In this document: positions 47,601 to 58,770 of the stretch, in pieces
Position numbering within the stretch: position 1 is the stretch's first letter
Layout of the letters: each line of letters starts with the position of its first letter
Origin: Euglena gracilis
Lineage: Eukaryota
Direction: 5' to 3'
DNA: 64,000 bases
Assembly: GCA_039621445.1 (NCBI GenBank)
Contig: CP154954.1
Coordinates: forward strand, 9,302,634-9,366,633
Program-made: the position numbers and the translations under genes
Notes under the pieces: model-generated
Database searches by the model: none
Seen by the model: only the letters and a program-made list of their open reading frames with translations
Told to the model about the DNA's origin: nothing

Positions 47601-48305
47601 GCCAGGTCAGACCGGAAAAAGGAGGGGGGGGAAATGCTATTTTTTTGACCCCACAGGAATATGACGAAGAGATGTTTTTGGCATCCTCACCAGGGGTCGG
47701 AGTAACAATGCACTTGATTTTTTACCTGGAAAATTTGCGGTTTCAACAAAAAAAAGAATATTATTTTAAGGGGAAAAAAAACTAGTCATAAGCGGACGAA
47801 AATTGTCAGTATGTCCCAGGCATTGGCCGACTGTCAAGGAAGGATATAAAGAACGTTCACAAGAGTAGCCCAGCACCCAGGAAGTTGGATTCAGGTGGTT
47901 TCCCAATGGGGAGCATACCCAAAGGGAGGAATGATTGTGTGGCAACAGTGGTCCACACAGAATGGGAACTGTCGACAGCTGCACAGTGGTGGTTGGTGTT
48001 GGTGGGGCGGCAGAGCACACACCCAGAGGCCCCACCTGCTGCGCAGGAAAGGATTTGTCCTCATCCCCCTGATGGGAGACGTTGGGGTTTAGGGGTGCAC
48101 TGTCAACCACACCGCTCAAAAATCACCCCCAGCACTGTAGCGCACTGCTGAAGCCGCCCACCGTTTTCTGGCGCAATAAACACCCGTTTCCGGACAAACT
48201 TCATCTGCACACCTTAATTTATATAACTTATGCATGTACGTATTTTTACATATATTTTTATAATATTTATATACATGTGCATATATATATATGTACATAT
48301 ATATG

Positions 48306-48337
<32 letters not shown>

Positions 48338-51300
48338 GTTTTTTGCAAAAATACTGCCTGCGTTCCACGGGCCGGACCACTTCTCCAGCAGCAGTCACCC
48401 GAGGGGGGGGGGGTACGCCATACCCACTGTGGGGTCCAGAACGGCCACCCGGTTTCGCGGTCGCGCCAGCCCGGGCTGGCCGGGGCGTAGATGGTGGACT
48501 CCCACGTGACCTGCCGCTGGCCGGCCCACGCCTGCGCGTACGGCACCGCCTGCCCCTCCGGCCCGACGCACTGCCAGTCGCCGAGTGACAGCCGGCTGTC
48601 CCCCCGGGCACCCCCAGGGCAGGCCGGGCCGAGCACCCACAGACACACGTGCTGCCCCGGGGGGAACTGCCCCCTCACAGGTCAGCGGGTACCAGGAACG
48701 CTGACACTTTCCCGGGCGGAAACAAGCCGGATACCCGCCCCTCCTGGTCCCGCCGCCCTGGGGGGGGGGGGCAAGCCAGCACCTTTTCTTTAGCCAGCAC
48801 GCAGGACCCCCCCCCCCAGGGTCTCCTCAAGAAAACGCTTGCTGTCATGCTGGAAAAAAGGTGCTGGCTGAACAGGAGTAGGGACGAGGTCACGACCAAA
48901 TGCTCACATTTTTCAAAAACACCACCCCACTCCTGGGGGGGGGGGTCCCTCCTGCCCACACACCCAAAATCCAGCCCAAATCGGCTGAGAACCCTTGAAC
49001 AAAAAATTCTGGCCCGGCCTTCCGGCCTGGCCCTCCAAAAAGCGCAAAAGTTTGACTCATGGCACACCCCACCCCTCGGGAGGTGAGGTAACTTGGACCC
49101 TCAAAAAAAAAATGACGGAAAAAAACACAGAAAAAAAACATCAAAAACCCACAAATAAACGCAAAATGACGCCAGCAGCATTTAAATTCCTTCAGGAGCA
49201 TCCTCGAGATAATTTAGTTGTTTCACCTTCTCTGGGATAAAAAAATTTTCATGGAACTAAACTTTGCTGCGTTTCGATTGGATTTTGGAAGCATGTTGTT
49301 TCTAAATCATGCAATTTGTTGTCCAAATTACAAAATTTGAGAAAAAATTGGTCTCATGGATAAAGGTCGGGATCAAAGGGTGACATTTTTCCAAGCCAAA
49401 ACACATTCTCCACATATAAAAACACATTTGTGTCACCCCCTCCTGTTTGTACTAAAAAAAAAAACTCAATCAGCAAAACTAGCAGGAAGGATAGTTGATT
49501 GAAGACAGTGATTCCACGACAATATCGGCCCACGAAGAACATGAAATTGCAGGAGTTTTTAGGCCCGGGGTTCAGTGACGGCTCCGGGTTCCACCATGAG
49601 ACCGGGTCCAGTTCAGGGACATGCACACATCCCCCGCCTGATCCCCCGCCCTTTCCGGCCCACCCTGTGCCTGGTGGTACTCCGGCATCATGGGGCTGTC
49701 GGGGTTGGCGAAGGCAGCGAGGACGGCCTCGATGTCCGCCCCCGGGACAAACACCGCCCGCAGGCAGTGTTGCCCACCGCACTTTTGACGTAGGGCCAGG
49801 AGCCCAGGAGTTGGGTGTTGACCCCCCAACTGAGGAGCAGAGCTGAGGAGCAGTATGGCGAGCACGACCGAAAAATGTTGCCCCAAACAACGCAATAAAA
49901 AAGAATCCTAAAAAAAAGATGCAAGGGAGGGGCAAAAAAGATAGTTCCAGCAACTTGGCACCCCCCGTTTAGGTAAAACTCCTTTACGACGCTGAAAAAG
50001 GGGCCCAAATAACCTGGCAGGGGGGCAGGGCCAAAAGTTGGTTCCAATTACCAGGTTATTTGGGGGGAGGGGGGTTAAAAATGCTGGTCTGGGTTAGGTA
50101 TGTGCAAGCTATGCAAATGCAGTTCAGTATGCCAAACCCACAAACTGAAGATGGCTCTGCAGTCAAGCAGACCACTGAAGTCTGAACTCCAAAGAATTGG
50201 AGTTTGCTATTTTACACCTGCAATGTGCATTCTGTTGCAAAGATAAGTGACAAATGGATGTGCTCGCAGCTGGCATGCAAAAGAGCCTGGTAGTGAGGTG
50301 TGCAAGACTGTCCCTTGCAGGAAGAGGCTTTAGACACGGTCAACGAAAATGTACATATGGCAATGCATCTTTCTGTTGAAGACTTGCAGGTTTGGATGTG
50401 GCTCAGAGATAACCCCGAGGGAGGGGGCACTTTTTCCTTTCCAGCCTTTATGTTCAGGCAATCACAACCAAATGAGGAACCAGGCATGGCGATGAACGCC
50501 GGGTACCCCAGACGAGACGGGAAAAAAATATGAAAACACAAAATGAAAACATGAAAAATATGAAAACACGGGAGCGGTTTTTGCCAGAGCCCAATTTTTG
50601 GTGGGGGCATGGCCGGGCACATGCGTGCGGGAACCACCCCAGGGGCCCCGGAGGAGGCAAGCCCCGGCCTGCCTTTCCACCAGGGTGGAGAATGGGGAGA
50701 ACTCCGCGGCCATCTCGAGGGCGGTGAGGGCCCGCTCGTGGGCGTTGGCCACGGACGCCTTGAGAGGGACGTCCGGGCCGGGCGGAATTCAACCGACTCC
50801 CCCCCCCCGGGAGGGGGACCGGAGTGCCCTGGATCGGAACAACTGAGCCCCCTCCCCCCTGGGGGGGGGGGGGGGGGCAAGCACCGATGGTCATCCAGAG
50901 TCCCAGACCTAAGCCACGCCCAATCACGCCCAACCACACCCAGTCACGCCTTGTCACGCCAAATCCCAGTCATCCGAACTTTAAGCGATGGGCTCTTTGC
51001 CACGTTTGCCACTTCTGGCTGCCAGTGGCTGCTGTTGGCCACTTTTGGCTGTTTTTGGTAGCTTTTTGGTCGCTTTTGGTTTCTTTTGGGCCACTTGTGG
51101 CCAATTTTGGCCTTCTTTGCCCACTGATGGCTGCTTCTGCTGCTCTATGCCCACTTTGAGGCCACTTTTGGCCATCTTGGCCGCCAATTGACCCCCCCTT
51201 TTTTGTGTTCACTTTGACCCACAATTTGCCAATTTGCCTACTTTTTGGCCACCTTTTCCACTTTTTTGCTGCTTTCAGTTGCTTTGACCACTATTTTTTT

Positions 51301-53351
51301 TGCTTTTCACTGCTTTTGGCATCTTTTCCGGTGCTTTCAACTGCTTTTGGCCAGTTTTTGCCGCTTTCGATTTCAAAGATAAGAAGATAGGTGGTCAAAA
51401 ACTGGCCAAAAATGGTCCAAAGATGGCCAATCGTTGCGAAAAAGAAAATTGTTGAAAGTGGCAAAAGTAGATTAATAAAAATGATAAAAATGACCAAAAG
51501 CAATCTAAAGCAGCAAAAAAGCGTCCAAAAACGGCCTGAAAGTGAACCGTGGGCAAAATGGGCAAAAATAGTCAGGAGTTGGCAAAAGCAGCCAAAAGTG
51601 GCCCAAAATAACTAAAAGGGGCCAAAGGGGGCCAAAAGGGCAAAAATGGCGAAAAGTGGCGAAAAAATAGCCAGTCACGCCCAGTCACACCCAGTCACGG
51701 AACCCCACCTATGGGGGTCCCCAAAGCCAGTCACGCCCAGCCATGTCCAGTCACGCCCAGTCATTTCATAGGTGCTTGGGGGAAGGAGAAAGGGTCGGTA
51801 CCTGCCTGGTCGCGGGCCAAAAAAAAAGTGCCCAAAATGGTCTCCTGGCTTCCGGCACCGGAAGTGCCTTGGCCGAGTGCCCAAGCGCTGTTGACCATGT
51901 GCCTGACCCCCCCCCCCAGGGGCCGGCTCTGGGCCGACACCATCTTGAATTTCCTGCCCAGGCAGGCAAAACGCCCCCTGTGTGCACTGTGGGCTGTTTG
52001 TTTGGTCCCTTTTCTCCCCTCTTCTGGCCTGGCACCGTGTTTTAGTCTCTGCCCGTTTTGACTGTCTGTGTGGAGGCGACCGGAGCCTGGCGGGACTAAC
52101 GTTGTTCACTGCGCCGGCCACCAACTGCCCGCCAGGTACGCAGGCGCACCTCCCCCCCCCCCCCTGGGATCAGCACTGCCTTCAAATCCAGCCTAGTCGC
52201 GGCCGGGCAGGCCATCCAGGGCGCTGGCGGCGGAGGGGGAGCTCTTCGCCAGGGCCGCTTTTGGCCGCAGGAACCCCCGGGAGGGGTTGACTCGCGGCGA
52301 GCAAATGGGTGAGAAGGGGGTCGTTTTCCGTGTCATGAATGGTTCTTTCATCCCAACGTGCCATGCAGAGGGCAAAGGTCCGGGTGCGATAGCAAACCGT
52401 GAGGCAAACAATTTGCGGCCCATTTTAAGGAAGGAAGCCACCTGATATTTTCGGGATCATGTTGAAGAATGGTGTCTTTTAGGATGGAATAACAATACCC
52501 AGAACCAAATAGCAATAGCCTGGTTGGGGGCTGCTGGATGTAAAAAAAAAAAGGTGCTGGCTGGCTGGATCCTGGACCCTGCCTCCGGCTTAAGACGTTC
52601 CCTGACCGACACACACTTCTTCCATGAAGTCAACGGGGGACCCGGAGGCCCCTGTCCGTGGGGGTTTTGGTGGGCGCCTCCTGCGCCGTCGCGAACGACC
52701 GGTTGCCCGTCTCGGAGTTGGCGACGGAGGGGCTGTGCTTGTGCCGCGCCTGGCTGCGGCGCGCGCGCTTCCGCTCGCGGTGCCGCTCCACGCGCTGGTT
52801 GCGGCGGAGCCACGCTCCTGTTTTGAAACCCAGTGGGGGTCCCTCTTCACCCACCGATCCCCTGGAAGTGGGAGGAAGCCGCATTGGTCAGAGGCTTTAT
52901 TTGGGCCTGGCGATGAGGAGTCCGAACCCACCCAACCACCCACCCACCAGCCCCCAGGGGACAGCTTCGGAAGTCGATTTTAGGATCCAAATTTTTTCAG
53001 CGATTCGCATCGAAAACAAAAGCAAACCCCACTCCAGCCAGACCCAGGAGGTGGCAAACCCACCCTGGGTTACCAAATCTTAATAAAATTCACAATTTGA
53101 GGACCCAAAAAGGTGCCATCATGCAAAAAAAAATTTGGTCATTTTGTGACATTTCAGGATGTTCATCAATGTGCGGGAAATTAAATTGAAATTGAGTAAC
53201 TTCCAGATTGCATATGAAAGAAAAAACATCTCAGGGTGGGTGTGTCAGTGCCGGAGACCAAAAGGAACCTGGGTGGAACTCCCACACCTGCCGCACCACC
53301 TGGAGGCGGCTAACCAGCTGGGCGTGGAGCAGCTCATCGCTGCTCGCAATC
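25150..53351 (-). CDS. Large multi-exon gene encoding a VASt (StART-like) and GRAM domain protein, putative membrane-contact-site lipid-transfer protein; ends and many middle exons unresolved
   Basis: VASt-like exons at ~49671-49790, 48482-48609, 47465-47567, ~46746-46829, ~46146-46206 and ~45060-45150 join as ...PMMPEYHQ-ARGDSRLSLGDWQC...RQVTWESTIYAP-TKRVVQVLERQLF...KLVVQHSSCTPG-APYGTSFRVELGF...HVHFLQRTVMQRLIRS-TAGKELNKFNALL. GRAM-like exons at ~26640-26709, ~25898-26016 and ~25420-25495 join as GTLYVTYQRLAFYARFRRVTV-SWARVEQIDAVPGG...MGRCVEFGGFP-DPDGALLCL. More GC3-rich minus-strand exons lie at ~28165-28250, 29500-29580, 30700-30820, 32670-32830, 35060-35190, 36190-36350, 39490-39630, 50660-50780, 52680-52825 and 53289-53351. 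This could be more than one gene. Confidence 0.7.
26017..26639 (-). other. Nonconventional intron in the GRAM region
   Basis: GGG-CAGTGGCGGGGG...CCCCGGCACTG-CGGCC. The join gives RVTVSWARVE. Confidence 0.85.
27305..27748. mobile_element. MITE with CAG...CTG ends
   Basis: 13-bp TIR CAGGGGTTTTCTT / AAGAAAACCCCTG. Flanks AATTCAAT / ACTGCCAT (5/8). The internal GAAAAAGGTGCTGGCTGG motif also occurs at ~26340, 48853 and 52550. Confidence 0.75.
27842..28163. repeat. Poly(A) tract (second tract at 29080-29223)
   Basis: Near-pure A runs inside introns. Confidence 0.9.
29714..30291. repeat. (CACAC)n pentanucleotide satellite
   Basis: Perfect ACACC units at both ends with a noisy middle. (CAGCA)n tracts also occur at ~5560-5642 and ~20216-20286. 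Confidence 0.92.
36873..37272. mobile_element. Element with TTATATTTGGGGG repeats and inverted ends
   Basis: TTAAACCCCCCCAAATATAAAGCCCC ... GGGGCTTATATTGGGG(G)nTTAA. Confidence 0.55.
41045..41449. mobile_element. MITE with CAG...CTG ends
   Basis: 12-bp TIR CAGGGGTTTTTA / TAAAAACCCCTG, with CCCAAC directly repeated on both flanks. Confidence 0.7.
45151..46145 (-). other. Conventional GT-AG intron in the VASt region
   Basis: GAAG|GTGTGC...TTTTGTTGCAG|C. The join gives LIRSTAGKEL. Confidence 0.8.
46830..47464 (-). other. Nonconventional intron in the VASt region with a TSD-like remnant
   Basis: GAC-CAGGCTTTGGCAT...ATGCCGCGGCCTG-CTGGG. The join gives CTPGAPYG. The 8-mers flanking the stem are CAGGGGAC and CTGGGGCC. 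Confidence 0.88.
47568..48481 (-). other. Nonconventional intron in the VASt region
   Basis: GGC-CAGCCCGGGCTGGC...GCCAGACTGGGCTG-CCCTC. The join gives IYAPTKRVV. Confidence 0.88.
48610..49670 (-). other. Nonconventional intron in the VASt region
   Basis: GCA-CAGGGTGGGCCGG...CCGGCCTGCCCTG-GGGGT. The join gives EYHQARGDS. Confidence 0.88.
50878..51778. mobile_element. Foldback-like TIR element
   Basis: CAAGCACCGATG / CATAGGTGCTTG (11/12), with CAGTCACGCC subterminal repeats. The left half is TTTTGGCCAC-rich and the right half GGCCAAAA-rich. A similar architecture occurs at ~43662-44608. Confidence 0.6.
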
Positions 53352-53482
53352 TGTAGAGGGGAAGTGCAGTGCGGCAGAGTGGAGTCTGAGGCGCGGGCAC
53401 ACAATCAATCTGTGCACGAGCATGCATGCATGCACGTGCATGGCTGCAGCCGAGGGAGGTTCGCTGGATGGGGCTCTGGGGC

Positions 53483-53699
53483 CAGGCTTCTTTTTAAGTC
53501 AGCAGACCCCCCCCCTCCCCCCCGGGGGGGTGGGTGGGGGGGTGGGGCCGGGCCGGACCCCCCCCCCGGGGGGTCCGGCCAGACCCCCCCCCCCGGGGGT
53601 CCGGGCCGGACCCCCCCCCCCGGGGGGGGTTCGCGCGCCACCTTGGGTGGGTGGGGGGGTCCCCCCCTCCCCCCCCGGGGGGTCTTAAAAAGAAGCCTG
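53483..53699. mobile_element. Young MITE with CAG...CTG ends
   Basis: Perfect 16-bp TIR CAGGCTTCTTTTTAAG / CTTAAAAAGAAGCCTG. Perfect 8-bp TSD TCTGGGGC (53475-53482, 53700-53707). The interior is G/C runs. Confidence 0.95.
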
Positions 53700-56600
53700 T
53701 CTGGGGCGCCTTCAAGGACAAGGTGTTCCCCCCGCCCAGCGAGTAACGCTCTCCCCTCCCACTGATCCGCCGATCCGGTCCGCCCCTCAACACAATGAGC
53801 CTGGCCTCTGTCGGGCATCGCTGACCCTAGCGCAAACCCCCCTCTGCGTGAGAGCAGAGGTGGAGACCAACCTGCCTGACCCTGACCTGCTCCATTTCCT
53901 TACCTTCTTTGATTGTGCTTGCCTGGCTGGGGAACTTGCTGCCAGACGCAACAGGCGCCAATTATCTGACAGCAAAGTGAGTCATTAACTGTGGGGCAAT
54001 TGTGGACGACCAGGGGTGGGGGTCCCTAAACGTCGTGGTGTAACCCAGGGGGAATTGCCTCATTTTTTTCCATAGAGAATTCTGGTAAATGTCCCCAGCA
54101 GGATCGACATAAGGAGAGTATACGGGTTAGAGGAGGGGGTGTCCATCCCCCCCTGCCAAGGGGGTCCAGACCGACCCGGGGGTATCTGGGACCCCCCCCC
54201 AAAAGAGGTCAAATTTTTTCTTCCGGCTCTGCACCGAAATTTTTGTGCCTTTTTTTTGGCAAATTTCTGCCCAAAGGTGCACAAAATGACATTTTTGCCG
54301 ATTGGGGGGGGGGCAATGTTTTCTTCGGCCTGGCGCTTTGGTAACCCAGACCGCGCCATTGTACAGGAGCGAGGAGGGTGCCTCCCACCCCTACTGGATT
54401 GGAGGAGGGGGTCCGGCCACCCCCCACCTGCCTTTATATCGAACCCTGTCCCCGGTGCGAACTTGATGAAAGCAAAGCAAAGCAACTCAGCTTTGATATT
54501 TTTGGTGAAAAGCGTCGGCTTCGGTTCAAGCGCTCCGCCAAAGCGACTGTGGTTGGTGGGCACCGGCGGACCACTCGGCAGGGAAGTCATCCCCCTTTTT
54601 CTGGAAGATGCCTTCCCGACCCCCCAAACGGGGTTTTTTTCAAAAAGGTTGATGGCCAGGGGAGCAGGGCCCTGCCCCCTCAGTGGCCTCAGTGGGCACG
54701 CGGGGGTGTGAAACGCCGAAAGTTTTTGGGACCCCCTCCCAATGGCGAGTCCCCTCCGAGCCCCCAGGTCCACCACCCCCAGAGGGCATCGGGGTGGGTG
54801 CCGACCTCTCCAGAGTCTTAAAACAGCCTCTCCCATCTCCCGGGGGGGGGGGGGTTCAATGAAATGGTGCAACGGCGCCTGGGGGGGGGGGATTTTGCTG
54901 CGGGGGTCCGCCCAGACGACCACCTCAGCGGACAGCCAGGTCCAGCAACCCTCTCCTATTCTGCCCTCGTCCTGGATGCCGGTGGCAGGGCGGTCGGTCC
55001 AGCCTCCCCTTTGTCTTTTTTTCTTGAGTTTCTCATACTGCCCAAAAGTTTGCGTGCTTCCATTTTTGTCATTGCTAGATTTGTTGCCGACTGTTGCTGC
55101 GCCATAAATCCAAACCCAGGATTTTTTTCAAAGAAATGGATCGGATCAACCTTATCGGTGGTTCATTTGGGCAAACAAACCAAAACCTCAGCCCCAAGCC
55201 AATGCCAAAAAAACAATGCCAAAACCAACGCCAGCGCCAACTCCAACACCCACACCCACACCACCGATGCCAACACCTGGGATAGTCATTCCATCCAGAG
55301 CAAAAAATGCATTCCACAGCATCTTGACCTCAGTTTGAAGGGAACGTTGACGAGAGATTTTCGGATTTTTGTTGTTTGATTTGTATTCCCATTCTTCAAC
55401 GTTTGTCATGATGGAAAATCACACATGATAGTGGTGACCTGGTGGGTGTGTATCATCATGGAGTTGTCTCACCTTGATGCGAAGGCAGTCATCCTCGTTT
55501 TACGCCTCTTGTGCTGGCTGACCTACCCCCCGTTGTCTGCCCACCTTTTTTCGACGTTTTTTCATGGAAAAGGTCACGGGTACCCCTAAAGCATCAGCGG
55601 GGTGGAATATTCCCAGAACTATTTCGGAACACCCCGGGACCCATGAATTTCCCGGGATTTTTTTCGGGGCAAAATCAGAAATATCGGGCCAAATCGGGTC
55701 GTTTTTCGGGTGGGCAGGCAACGCGGGGCTAGGTCTGAGTCCCAACACCCTCGTGTTCTTCTGTTGGCGACTTGAAATCGGGCTGCCTCTTTATTTGAGC
55801 AGAACAACACCAGAATTGAGGTGTCGTGAGTTTGCACATCCCACCAAAGGGGAAGTCGGTCCCGAGGGGCATCACCCCTCCCTGGGGATTTTTCAGGATA
55901 CACCCCTTCCCCTTTTGCCTCGGCCACCTGCATGGGTGCTTGCGTTGCTGTGCCCTTTCTTTGCGGATTGTCCAACGCCCTAATCAGGTCGCCAGCCACA
56001 TGTGGGTAGAACAGTGTGGTGCGATGGTGTAAGCCTGCCCCAAATAATATACCCCCCACTCCAGGGGTTTCAGCTGTCTAAATTATTAGATTATGTCTAA
56101 ATTAAATAAATGTACCCCCCTTGCCGCACCCCAGAGATCAAGATCAAGCAAGGCAAAAATATCCTCAATTCCTGTCCAAAAAACAATATATTTTTGAAAA
56201 GATGTCTGGTACCGAAAAAATATGGCAGTGTTTACCTGAAATAAATTGTCAAAAAAAAGTTTAAAAATCAGAAATTATGTAAAGATGTCATTGTAAGCGG
56301 ATCCAAATGAATAAACGCCTAAAATAGTATCCCTCCTTGGCCCCCAACTTCGGATGTCCAAATAATATTCCCCCGGGTGAATTATTTGGGGACACCTGCT
56401 GTTGGCGAATGGAGGTGGCATAAGTGATGGGTGGCACCATGAGGTTTGTTAGACATGACCTCCAAGCTGACGGTGATAGATTATGTTTGGTGCAGTCTGG
56501 ACAAGAACGGGAGGCAAAACTACCATCAAAGTTTTCCCATATTTTTTGTAAGTTTTGTCTTCCGTAATCTCTCGTCCGTCCGCCCTGTGTCATCTTTCAC

Positions 56601-58111
56601 TGGCCTTCAAGCCACAGGTAGTCCACACCAAAATTATCACCAAAACATCGCCCCAAAAAAACCCAGATGCAAAAAATCCAAGAACAAGAACTCCCATTCA
56701 AATTTAAGAAGCCCCTGACGGCGTAACGTGCCGCTGACTGAATACGTTACCTCCAAAATTACCCGTAGCCTCAACTTCAGGCACCGGAATGATGAAATTC
56801 TGGTCTTTGATCATTGCAAGACCCAAGAATCATGTGAAGTCTCCATTTTCAGTACATAAGAAAATGAAAATAAATTTAAAAAAACTAGAAATTAGAATTT
56901 TGGGAAAGCACCTAAATTTTCCCGAAATATTCTTTCCTGTGCGCACCATTTTTTGGCCATTATTTTTCCTTTTCCCACGCCATTTTGAGCTGAGACAAAG
57001 CAAAACAATCGCACAGGCAAACTGCTCTACTGCCAGACACTTGAAAGTTCTATGTACACATTCTCAGACCAATTTCAATGATTATGAAACATAATTGTGT
57101 GGAACTGGTCAAATCAATTATGCCACATTGCAAGTTTGCACAAGTATTTTGGTGTGGCATTTTTTTTGCATTCTTTTGGGGTTTTTTTGGCATTCTACTG
57201 AAAATATGGCCTGTTTTATATATGCTTTTTTATATTTTATTATTTAGGGTTAGAGAAAAGGTGCGAACAATTGTCCAAAGTATCCACTGAGTTGAAGCGG
57301 AAAACAATCAAGTGAAAAGTTTTCCGTGGAGGAGATAAAATTTCTTTCTGAGTCTCTCCACCATGAAAGTGTGCAGCATTGCAGAGCTCCAAAATGAATT
57401 TACATGCAACTTGCATTTTTGCAGTCTTTTCTTCATTGCATATTTTGAGGAGCCTTGTTGCATCTTCCCCTCCCCATTGAGCTTGTCCGACGTGTGGGCT
57501 CCTCTGCACCACGTTGCATTCCAATGACTTTGCCCCCCTGCCCCGTTTCTCGCCCCCCATTGGCGGCATGGCGGGCTCGCCCGCTGTCCTCCACCGAAGA
57601 CAGTCTTTGATGACCTCTGCCAACCCCACACTGCTGCAGCTGTTGCGATTTCCTGTTGGCCTTGACACTCTGTTCCAGCGCCAAAACGGGTCTGGGCCAT
57701 ACCACGGGGGATGACTGACTGGGTTTTGAAAATTCCCAAACACCCAACCCCCCCCCCCCTCAAGGGGGTCGGCAAAAAAAAACACCAAGGTGACCCGGCG
57801 CCGGTGATTTTTCTGGACATTTTCTTCACAGTTCCGGTCGATTTTCCCTGAATCTGGGAGTGGTCAACCTCGGGGGGGGGGGGGGCATTGACAGACTGTT
57901 CTTTGAAGAACGGAAGTGACCCCCATGGGGATCAGTTAAAAAAAATTTGTATTGTCTGGACACACAGCCTCACGTGAATACATCCACAACGCAGGCAGGG
58001 TCAAAGATCAGCAGATTTTTGGCAGGCTCAGCCCCCATCAAGGATTCAGCCACCATTCTTTCCAGCAAGAAAATCCCTGAGTCAGTGTGCAGGTCCCCCG
58101 GGGGGGGGGGG

Positions 58112-58730
58112 GGTGCTTCCGCACCGCGTGCACCGCGTGCACCGCATCATGAGAAGAATCGTTTCCGAATGTGCAATTTTCACAAATTTCCACCAGTGCC
58201 CCATCTGTAGTTCACTTCCGTTCTTTTTTTGTCTGGTTTCCTGCAAATCAGCAACTTTTGGTCTTTTTGGCCATTTTTTTTTGGCCACTTTGGACGACTT
58301 TTGACCACTTTTGGCCACTGTGGCTGCATTTGGCAATTTAGACCGCTTTTGGCTGTTTGAATGCATTTTTGGCTCATTCACACCAATTTCGGATGCTTCT
58401 GGACAGTTTAGCATATTTGTGTCCATTTTAGGTCATTTCTCAGTGCTTTTAGCCACTTTTTGCCCATTTTTTTTACCAATTTTGGCCATTTTGTGGCCAC
58501 TTGCACAGCTTCAGTGGCCATTGGGACAGATTTGGTGAGATCTGGTGGCAAAACCGGGTGATTTGGGCCAAAAACCGCCAAAAAATGATCAAATTCACCC
58601 AAAATGCCTTTTTACTGCAGTTTTGTAATCGATGGGTGCTTTTGCGGGCGCTTTACTCTCATTCAATCATTTTAGGTTTTACCTGATTCTTGTCACACGG
58701 TGCCACACGGTGCACGCGGTGCGAAACACT
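58112..58730. mobile_element. TIR element with GCACCGCGT subterminal repeats
   Basis: GTGCTTCCGCACCGCGTGCACCG ... CGGTGCACGCGGTGCGAAACAC. The interior is rich in TTTTGGCCA. Confidence 0.65.
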
Positions 58731-58770
58731 TAGACGGCTGGGAATGCATTTTTCATTTTTGGTGTTTTTT

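Noticed and set aside
53260-53356. Plus-strand coding-looking stretch LPHHLEAANQLGVEQLIAARNL
   Set aside because: It is better explained as the antisense shadow of a minus-strand exon (IASSDELLHAQLVSRLQVV) with an AG acceptor.
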